Notes under the pieces: generated by a model
The model's input: only the letters and a program-made list of their open reading frames with translations
What the model was told of the DNA's origin: nothing
The model's database searches: none
Origin: Chiloscyllium plagiosum
Lineage: Eukaryota
Assembly (NCBI RefSeq): GCF_004010195.1
Contig: NC_057752.1
Span: 727,908-762,984, forward strand
DNA: 35,077 bases
Direction: 5' to 3'
Part shown: piece after piece, positions 23,661-32,302 of the stretch
Numbering within the stretch: the first letter of the stretch is position 1
Layout of the letters: each line of letters begins with the position of its first letter
Position numbers and translations under genes: made by a program

Positions 23661-25627
23661 ATTTATTCTATTCCTAATGTACAAAATAGTATAGCAACTG
23701 GTTGTAATGTTAGTAAAATATATAAAAACAAAAATAGATATATAATTACATAAAATAATTAAGGAGCCAATTAGAACATGTTAAGGATAGTGAGGCAGGT
23801 GATTTAACACAGCTGCAGCATGTGGGAACTCCTAGATTCCAGTTTGATCTGAGTCACATATGTCTGTAGTAAGTGTTTGAAGTTTAAGGAGCTTGTGGGA
23901 GGTTGCAGTGCACAAAGTAGTTGTTGCTTTTCATAAATTACAATAGTGATCATACTTCCGTGATCCTTGGCTTACCTTATATAAACACACAGATGCACTT
24001 TCTGGCAGAGGTCACTTCCTAGGAATCAGGAAGAGGGGACTAGGCAGTGAACATTTAAAACAAATTGTGGCATTTGAGGTTTTTCGAAATCTTGAACAGT
24101 ACTATGACTGAAATGAGAATATGTGTACAGTAAAGCTTTGCAGAAAGCCATATTCAAAGTATGCAGGCGATCTTGGAAGCTGAGCCTACTGGTCACTTCT
24201 TGGCAGCTGACAGGGCAGCTGCTTTAGTTTTACATTTAAGCTGGAATGATTCTAATGACCTGTTTCCTATAGAAACAGAAGAAGAGAGGAAAAATAAACT
24301 ACACTGAGTCCCCATCTCAGTGTGCAGAATTAGCATTGGCACTGATTGACACTAGATGGATACTGTCCTTTTTGGGTTGAAGTAACGAATGTGAGAGAGG
24401 AGGTCATTCACTTTTTAATGGGTATGAGAAGAAACTGTTAGCACTGCATCAGAGTTAGTCGAGTAGAGAAAAAGCAACAGACAACAACAATATACAACCA
24501 TATTTTAAAGGTTCTTATGGAAGAAATGCATTTTATTGTTACAAGCTATTATTTCTAACACCAGTCACTGCTGGTGTTGTTTCATATGTGAACAAAGAGT
24601 GGGGATGGGGGAGAATTTCCTCTGTGCTCTTCATATAAAGAAATTGTTAATGTTACAGAATGTATTGGACTTTCCTGCTCACAAAAAGAAAACCTTCTTG
24701 TTTTGTGGCCTGGATGCTAGTGCTGTCAAAATATTTGCTTGGTAATGTTTGAGACCTGCCAGCAGCACATGTTGAAATTTCAATAGTCAATATGTGTTGA
24801 ATTTCTGCAAGAGAGGACATTTGTGCCTCATGGAGTTTAAAGTTGGAAACATGGAACAATTTCACATATAAGGAACATCTTCACCTCTATTCACACCCAT
24901 ATGATGGAGTTTGATATCCAGAATTTGATGTAGTGCTAATGTCTGAGTGATAATTCAGAGGAAGCAGCCCCAGCTCAACAGATATTACCACTATTGCACA
25001 TATTATTGGTCCTGACTCATTTCAGTACTCATTGAGTCTGCCATCACTGTGAAATGTACTGATGGTTACCCATACTCCTTTGTGTTGGTGAAATTGCCCT
25101 ATGCTTTTAAATAGATCGGTATATCTAGACTACTTGTTGAGTCAAGGAAAATATATGATCAAAGTGTATCATTTGTAATTTTATTCATCATGTTGTTCTC
25201 ACACTCATTGTGAAGTTAATCTGCAGAATAAGCTGTCATGTTTTTAAAAGATATTAATGGAAAGTGCTGAAGAGAAGAATGAAAGAAAACTGAGAAGGAT
25301 TTGAGGATAAATTATTGAATTCCAAGCTCTCACCAGGGAGTCTTACTCCAGGATATGGGGATAATCCCTTCAAATGTGGTTCCTGAAAATGACAGAAGAC
25401 CTGGCTAGTTTTCATTTGTCTGCCTCACACATCCCCAAATAGGGGGCACTGAGGGCAATTTTACCAATGCTCTCAGCTGAAATCAGCAAAATCCACAAAT
25501 TTGGGCTCTTTATTTTCTGGACAGTTCAGTTACTTAGTATAAAATGAACAGGAGGAATGATGTAATGTTCAGAGGGTACTGAATCTGTATTGGAATGATG
25601 ATTATGTAGAATTACTCAGTACTTAAA

Positions 25628-25830
25628 GCAGAGAAACAGGCCATTCAGCCCAACAGGTCTGTGCCACTGGTTATGCTCTACACAAGCCTCCTTCTATCTA
25701 ACACCATCATCATCTCCATTTTTCTTATTCCTTTGTCTCTCATGTTAATTCAGCTCCCTTCTTAAATGCATCCACACAATTCACTTCAGCCACTCCCTTT
25801 ACTCATGAGTAGCACATTGTCACCATTCTG
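25628..25830 (-). mobile_element. Degenerate CR1 3' end
   Basis: GAAACAGGCCATTCAGCCCAAC (reverse complement of the CR1 stem-loop) followed by CCCTTCTTAAATGCATC..TTCAGCCAC. Confidence 0.6.
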
Positions 25831-26559
25831 GTTAGCTCATTTGGTTAGATGGCATGTATATGGTTCAGAATAATGCAAAAGTATTGATTTCAGTTTCCAT
25901 TCAGGATGAGGTTGACCTGGGAGTTGCCTTCTTGCTCTGTCCCCAAGAGTGGAAGCAATGATAAACCACAACTGACAGAAACCATTAAGAAAACAGCTCA
26001 GGATGAAGTATCTGCAGATAATGAACCAGGGGACCTACCTTTAGGCAAAGCACACATGTCACGGTGACAGAAGTGGGACAAACTTGTGATATATTCTGAT
26101 GAAGTTGGTAAATCTGGTCTCATAGTTTTCTGTTTAAAAAAAGACCCTGCAATATTGAAATTAAGCAATTAATTGGAGGAGGTTGTGCACGAAATGCAGA
26201 AAGCTAGCACACAGGTGCAGCCGGTAAGCAGGAAGGCTAATGGAATGTGGGCCCTTATTTCAAGGCGGTTGGAGTATAAGAGTAGGGAAGCCTTACTGCA
26301 ACTGTACAAGGTGCTGGGGAGACCACATCTGGAGTACTGTGAGCAGTTTTGGTCCCTTATTGAAGGAAAGATATTATTCATTCGACGTAGTTCGGAGAAT
26401 GTTCGCAACAATTATCTCTGATACAGAGGGATTGCCTTATGAGCAAAGGCTAAAGAGATTGGGACTCTACTTCTTGGAGTTTAGAGGAATGAGAGGTAAT
26501 CTCATTGAAATAATGTAGGGGCTTTGACAGGGTCAGTGCTGAGAGGATATCTCCCTTCA

Positions 26560-26824
26560 CAAACCGGAACTCCATCAATAAATACATCGATTTGGACCTC
26601 ATTTACCAAACTCTCAGAAAAAGAACCGCAAGTGATATCTCCCACCACAAAGGACCAAGACACACTAATAGAAAGCGGGACAGAACACCAGTGCTTCAAC
26701 AGAGGCTCACTGATGATGTTACCGAGCATGGTGACGAAACGTCTGAAAGCAAACCTTCCAACTCAGCGAGCAAACTTACAACATGAACCTCAACCTGAGC
26801 TACAAATCTTCTCAAAAATTGCAA
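26560..26824 (+). mobile_element. Penelope/Poseidon-like 3' fragment
   Basis: AACCGGAACTCCATCAATAAA..GAACCTCAACCTGAGCTACAAATCTTCTCAAAA is homologous to 22993-23291. Confidence 0.88.
26707..26746 (+). ncRNA. Minimal type I hammerhead ribozyme motif, fully canonical
   Basis: TCA-CTGATGA-T-GTTACC(GAGCAT)GGTGAC-GAAA-CG-TC-TGA: stem I TCA/TGA, 6-bp stem II, ACGT palindrome, GUC triplet, predicted cut after 26743. Confidence 0.82.
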
Positions 26825-27413
26825 CACAGAAAGCTAGCACACAGGTGCAGCCGGTAAGCAGGAAGGCTAATGGAATGTGGGCCCTTATTTCAAGGCGGTT
26901 GGAGTATAAGAGTAGGGGAGTCTTACTGCAACTGTACAAGGTGCTGGGGAGACCACATCTGGAGTACTGTGAGCAGTTTTGGTCCCTTATTTAAGGAAAG
27001 ATATTATTCATTCGACGTAGTTCGGAGAATGTTCACAACAATTATCTCTGATACAGAGGGATTGCCTTATGAGCAAAGGCTAAAGAGATTGGGACTCTAC
27101 TTCTTGGAGTTTAGAGTTTAGAGGAATGAGAGGTAATCTCATTGAAACGGACAGGATTTTTAAAGGGCTTGACAGGGTAAATGCTGAAAAAACGTTTCAC
27201 CTTATGGGACAGTCAAGGACTAGAGGGCATAGTCTCAGAATAAAGTGGCACCAATTTAAGACAAGGGTGAGGAGGAATTTCTTCTCTCAGAGGGTTGAGA
27301 GTCTTTGGAACTGCTTGCCACAGGGAGCTGTGGGGGCAGAGTCCTGGTGTATATTGAAAGCCGAGATAGATTCTTGATCAGTAAGGAAATCAAGAGTTAT
27401 GGGGAAAGGGCAG

Positions 27414-27545
27414 TGAAATAACTCCATGAAGGTAGGTATCCCGTCACCAAGTCACGCTTTATTTACATGTGCATAGTACATGACACTGACCCAGCCAGCT
27501 CAGGATCACCTCTTACAGTGAACAGAACTCCTGACACTCCTGCTT
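27414..27545 (-). mobile_element. Partial Gypsy LTR abutting the CR1 3' end
   Basis: TGAAATAACTCC..GTCACCAAG..CTTTATTTACATGTGCATAGTA..GAACAGAAC..CTGACACT matches 16014-16140. Confidence 0.8.
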
Positions 27546-27776
27546 TGAAATTCCAATAAGCAAATACTATTTTTTGATTAACTGGTTTAAATAGGATGCA
27601 TTGTGTAGCTTTGGGACATATCTCATTACTGCACTAGTTGTACCATTGACTGAGCCACATATTCAAATTCCAACCAATATCCCTGCTTAAGCCATTGATG
27701 TTCCTTATCACTGAACAAAGCATGAATATTTTGTTTAAACATTGTTTGCTTAATAATTGATTTCATTGATCAGTAA

Positions 27777-28315
27777 ATCATAGATACAACACAGAGGATG
27801 GCTTGTTTGGCCCATTATATCTTTGTTGACTCTATGAAAGAGTCATCCAATTGGTCCCACTCCTTTCTGCTCTTTCCCTGTAGCCCTGCAAATGTTATCT
27901 CATCAAGTGTTCAATCAGTTCCCCTTTTCAACGTTCTAATTGAATCTGCTTCGGTCATCTGCTTTCTCAGGTAGGGCATTCTCAATGACAACAACTCACT
28001 GTGCTTTTAAAAAAGGTCCTGTCACCTGGTAATGAATGTGTGAATTGCAGTACTTGTGTCTTTTGAAAGATCATATATATATCAACCACTCGACATTCAT
28101 CAAACCTCTCTATTCCTTCATTAAAACATTTAAATCAAGTTAGTCAAACATGAATTGCCTTTAACAAACCTGTGCTGACTTTCATTTCTTACTGTACTTT
28201 TCCAAATGTCAATTAACTTTGCCTGAGATGACTGTCTCAAAGTTTCCCTAAAACTGACATTGTGCAGACTAGCTTAGAGTTTCTAGTATTATCACTCTTC
28301 CTTTCTTAAATGGGC
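27777..28315 (-). mobile_element. Old CR1 fragments (3' end plus RT piece)
   Basis: AATCATAGA tail and TTGAATCTGCTT as in 2668-3205; AGTCAAACATGA..CCTTTAACAAACCTGTGCTGACT is the reverse complement of the SQH.F.KG.SCLT region. Confidence 0.65.
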
Positions 28316-28502
28316 TCTAACCCTAATCCTCACCCAAGTGCTTTAAGGACTTTATTCTTGTTTTTAAATCGTATGACCTTTAACCTCAGGAAAATGACCC
28401 ATATGTGCAACTCTTCAATGCACTTTTCATGCTGCATGTTAAGTTGAATATTTCTCTACTTTTTCACTGCTGACTTCCTTTTTTATTTTCTATTCCTCTC
28501 AG

Positions 28503-28561
28503 AGGCCTTTGTAAACAGCCAGGAGTGGACGCTAAGTCGCTCAGTCCCAGAGCTCCGGTTG
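28503..28561 (+). CDS. AGAP2: Internal 59-nt coding exon (exon 2 equivalent) of an AGAP-family Arf-GAP with GTPase, ANK and PH domains; most similar to AGAP2/PIKE
   Basis: Branch-like CTGAC (28470-28474), long polypyrimidine tract, AG acceptor 28501-28502 and GTAAGT donor at 28562. The phase 1/0 exon reads (x)AG GCC TTT GTA AAC AGC CAG GAG TGG ACG CTA AGT CGC TCA GTC CCA GAG CTC CGG TTG = (E)AFVNSQEWTLSRSVPELRL. Human AGAP1 has DAFVNSQEWTLSRSVPELKV and AGAP2 has EAVINSQEWTLSRSIPELRL; the E and terminal RL favour AGAP2. The family call is very strong; the paralog call is about 0.7. Confidence 0.9.
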
Positions 28562-28904
28562 GTAAGTTTGCCTTTTTGTTGCTCCTCAATCATAAGCCTA
28601 ACAGCTGCCATTTTGGCTGTTACTGTAGGAACTGGTTTGTGCCCTTGATTTTGAGATATATTGCTGTGAAACACTGAGTGTGATTAAAAAATACAGGGTA
28701 AGAAATGGCTATTGAGCATTCCAACCTCATGGCTTGAAGAGTTCATGAAACTTGAGATCAAAGTTCAGGCAGTTTATGCAAACATCCAACAGGCAGTATT
28801 CGGACCCTGAGCATACTCCCAGTACATCTATTGCTTCACACACACATCCCTACCACCATTGCACCCCAACCCCCCAATCCCCCAAAACGCAAACACCACT
28901 GAAT

Positions 28905-29279
28905 TTTGTGACCAGCATTTCTGTCTCATACTTACTGCAGGGCTCCAGCGAGGCTCAGCACAGGCTAGAAGCGCAACATCTCATTTTCTGCTTGTGGACC
29001 CGTCAGCCTTCAGGACTCAACATCGACATCAATCATTTTAGAGCCTGAATACCTTCTTCCATGTCCTTTACCCAGCCCCACACCCCACCAGACCGTTTTC
29101 ACTTTCATGGTCCTGCTTATCAGCTTTTCTCCTTCTCTGATTTACGATTAACAATCCCTTTGTCTGGCTAACTTTCTTTCTCTATCTCCACCTATCCACT
29201 CACTCCTTTTCTCCCCACCCTCTTCCATCAGTATATATTCCACCTTTTCATAGCTACTGTCAGTTCTGAAGAAGAGTCA
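28905..29279 (+). mobile_element. PLE 3' fragment, left part (continues at 32131-32215)
   Basis: SEAQHRLEAQHLIFCLWTRQPSGLNID (GIY-YIG C-terminus), a pyrimidine-rich 3' region, then the first half of a hammerhead AGTT-CTGAAGA-A-GAGTC. Confidence 0.8.
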
Positions 29280-29407
29280 TAGAGATGTACAGCACGGAAA
29301 CAGATTCTTCAGTCCAACTCGTGCATGCCAACCAGATATCCTAAACTAATCTCGTCCCATTTTTCAGCACTTGACCCATAGCCCTCTAAACCGTTCTGAT
29401 TCATATA

Positions 29408-29549
29408 CAGAGAATTTCAGATTATCCGGCAAGATCACAAGGTCCCGATGCTTGGCTAAACAATGTTGTCCGGCATCGATTATCCGGAATTCAATTAATT
29501 GAATGAAATACTCCTCGCCTGTGTCCTTTGGATAATCAAGGTTCCTCTG
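29408..29549. mobile_element. Tc1/mariner (Tigger/pogo-like) MITE nested in the CR1 3' region
   Basis: TA at 29406-29407 and 29550-29551; imperfect TIRs CAGAGAATTTCAGATTATCC and (reverse complement) CAGAGGAACCTTGATTATCC; removing it restores a continuous CR1. Confidence 0.82.
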
Positions 29550-30348
29550 TACACATCCAGATGCCTTTTAAATGTTGTAATTGTACCAGCCTCCAGCACT
29601 TCCTCTGGCAGCCCACTTCATACATGTACCACCCTCTGCGTGAAAAAGTTGCCCCTTAGATCCCTTTTATATCTTTGCCCTCTCACCCTAAACCTATGAC
29701 CTCTAGTTTGGACTCCCCCACCTCAGGAAAAAGATATTGTCAATTTATCCTATACATGCCCCTCATGATTTTATAAACCTCTATCCCCTCAGCCTCTGAT
29801 GCTGCAGGGAAAACAGCCCCAGCCTATTCAGCCTCTCCCTATAGCTCAAACCCTCCAACCCTGGCAACATCCTTGTAAATCTTTTCTGAATCCATTCAAG
29901 TTTCCCAACATCCTTCCGATAGGAAGGAGACTAGAATTGCATGCAATATTCCAAAAGTGGCCGAACCAATGTCCTGTACAAGCGTAATATGACCTCCCAA
30001 CGCCTATACGCAATACTCCGACCAATAAAGGAAATTATACCAAACGCCTCCTTCACTATCTTATCTACCTGCGACTCTACTTTCCAAGGAACTATAAATC
30101 TGCATTCCAAAGCCTGTTGTGTTCAGCAACACTCCCCAGGACCTTACCATTAAGTCTATAAGTCCTGCTCTGGTTTGCTTTTCCAAAATGTAACACCTCA
30201 CATTTATCTAAATAAAACTCCATTTGCCACTCCTCAGCCTTGGCCCATCTGATCAAGATCCCATTGCACTCTGAGGTAATCTTCTTCGCTGTCCACTACA
30301 CCTCCAATCTTGGTGTCACCTGCAAACTTACTAACTATATCTTCTATG

Positions 30349-30384
30349 ATTCCTGAAGAAGGGCTTATGCCCGAAACGTCGATT
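30349..30384 (+). ncRNA. Minimal type I hammerhead ribozyme motif, intact core
   Basis: ATTC-CTGAAGA-A-GGGC(TTAT)GCCC-GAAA-CG-TC-GATT: ACGT palindrome, GUC triplet, predicted cut after 30380; stem I is weak (TC/GA). Confidence 0.78.
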
Positions 30385-30476
30385 CTCCTGTTCCCTGGAT
30401 GCTGCCTGACCTGCTGCGCTTTTCCAGCAACACATTTCCAGCTCTGATCTCCAGCATCTGCAGACCTCACTTTCTC
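30349..30476 (+). mobile_element. Short PLE pLTR insert nested in the CR1 RT
   Basis: Perfect 8-bp TSD CTTCTATG (30341-30348, 30477-30484); homologous to the pLTR arms at 20393-20520. Confidence 0.9.
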
Positions 30477-31240
30477 CTTCTATGTTCACAGCCAAATAAT
30501 GAAAAGCAGTGGACCCAGCACTGATTCTTGTGGCACACCACTGGTCACAGGCCTCCACTGTGAAAAACAACCCTCCGCCACCACTCTCTGTCTTCTACCT
30601 TCAAGCCAGTTCTGTATCCAAATGGCTAGTTCTCCCTGTATTCCATGATATCGAACCTTGCTAACCAGTCTCCCACGAGCAACCTTGTTAAACGCCTTAC
30701 TGAAGTCCACATATATCATGTCTACTGCTCTGCCCTCATCAGTCCTCTTTATTACTTCTTCAAAAAACTCAATCAAACTTGTGAGACATGATTTCCCATG
30801 CACAAAGCCATGCTGACTATCCCTAATCAGCCCTTGCCTTTCCAAATACATGTACATCCTATCCCTCAAGATTCCTTCCAACAACTTGCTCACCATCGAT
30901 GTCAGGCTCACTGGTCTATAGTTCCCTGGCTTTTCCTTACCACCTTTCTTAAAAAGTGGTCCCACATTAGCCAACCTCCAGTCTTCCAGCACCTCACCCG
31001 TGAGTATCGATGATACAAATATCTCAGCAAGGGGCCCAGCAATCTTCCCTAGCTTACCACAGAGTTCTAAGGAACACCTGATCAGATCCTGGGGATTTAT
31101 CCACTTTTATGCATTTTAAGATATCCAGCACCTCCTCCTCTGTAGTATGGACATTTTTCAAGATGTCACCAAGTATTTCCCCACATTCTGTATCTTCCAT
31201 GCCCTTTTCCACAGTAAACACTTGCAAAATATGTGGTTAG

Positions 31241-31580
31241 TATCTCCCTCATCTCTGCGGTTCTACACACAGGCTGCCTTGCTGATCTCTGAGGGGCCCT
31301 ATTCTCTCCCTAGCTACCCTTTTGTCCTTAATGTATATATAAAATCCCTTTGGATTCTCCTTAATCCTATTTTCCAAAGCTATCTCATATCCTTTTTTTG
31401 CCCTCCTGATTATCTCCCTCATCTCTGCGGTTCTAAACACAGGCTGCCTTGCTGATCTCTGAGGGGCCCTATTCTCTCCCTAGCAACCCTTTTGTCCTTA
31501 ATGTATATATAAAATCCCTTTGGATTCTCCTTAATCCTATTTTCCAAAGCTATCTCATATCCTTTTTTTGCCCTCCTGAT
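31241..31580. repeat. 170-bp tandem duplication inside the CR1
   Basis: 31241-31410 and 31411-31580 differ at only two positions by my reading. Confidence 0.93.
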
Positions 31581-32130
31581 TTCCCTCTTAAGTATACTCC
31601 TACTGCCTTTATACTCTTCTAAGGATTCACTCAATCTCTCCTGTCTATACCTGACATATGCTTCTTTCTTTTTCTTAACCAAAATCTCAATTTCTATAGT
31701 CATCCAGCATTCCCTACACCTACCAGCCTTTCCTTTCACCCTAACAGGAATATACTGTCTCTGGGCTCTAGTTATATCATTTTTGAAGGCTTCCCATTTT
31801 CCAGCCATCCCTTTATCTGTGAACATCTGCCCCCATGAACTTTTGAAAGTTCTTGCCTAATACCTTCAAAATTAGCCTTCCTCCAACTTAGAACTTTAAA
31901 TTTTTGATCTGGTCTATCCTTTTCCATCACTATTTCAAAACTAATAGAATTATGGTCGCTGGCCCCAAAGTGCTCCCCCACTGACACCTCCCCTACCCGC
32001 CCTGCCTTATTTCCCAAGAGTAGGTCAAGTTTTGCATTTTCTCTAGTCGGTACATCCTCGTACTAAATCAGAAAATTGTCTGGTACACACTTAACAAATT
32101 CCTCTCCATCTAAACCATTAACACTTTGGC

Positions 32131-32215
32131 CACTGGACTCGAAACATTAACTCTGCTTTCTCTCTGCAGATGCTGCCAGACCTGCTGAGTTTCTCTAGCA
32201 ATTTCTGTTTTTGCT
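32131..32215 (+). mobile_element. PLE pLTR, right part of the element split by the CR1
   Basis: CTGGACTC-GAAA-CATT-AACT then CAGATGCTGCCAGACCTGCTGAGTTTCTC, as in 21916-21985. Confidence 0.82.
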
Positions 32216-32302
32216 GTAATTGACAGTTTGCCTGATGATGGACAGATCATTTTTGATGGTCAATATGAGCCAGTTGGTCCAAAGGATAGTCTCTAAAAGT
32301 GG

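Larger units (their letters stand above)
26190..27413 (+). mobile_element. CR1 3' fragment with internal 314-bp duplication and PLE insert
   Basis: KANGMWALISRRLEYKSRE.LLQLYKVLGRPHLEYCEQFWS and RGNLIET..RRNFFSQRVESLWNCLP; 26197-26510 is repeated at 26827-27147. Confidence 0.92.
29275..32130 (-). mobile_element. CR1 (HER1-like) LINE, ~2.9 kb, pseudogenised ORF2
   Basis: Minus ORFs: EHFGASDHNSISF (endonuclease end), KPGNYRPVSLTS..QHGFVHGKSCLT..VDFSKAF..SGVPQESVLGPLLF, FAGDTK (FADDTK mutated); tail GAGTCATAGAGATGTACAGC. Confidence 0.96.

Noticed and set aside
24250..24430. Acceptor-like CTAAT..TTTCCTATAG followed by purine-rich sequence
   Set aside because: The phase-compatible frame stops after about 11 codons, the peptide is unrecognisable, and there is no convincing donor.
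28315..28332. Telomere-like CTAACCCTAA
   Set aside because: Under two units; expected by chance.
1..28500. AGAP first exon, promoter or CpG island
   Set aside because: No CpG-rich non-repeat segment and no recognisable AGAP N-terminal peptide; CpG-rich patches here are young SINEs and PLEs.
30486..30992. Intact reverse transcriptase or active LINE
   Set aside because: Only a fragment: the catalytic motif reads FAGDTK, and the ORF is broken by a PLE insert, stops and a frameshifting duplication.
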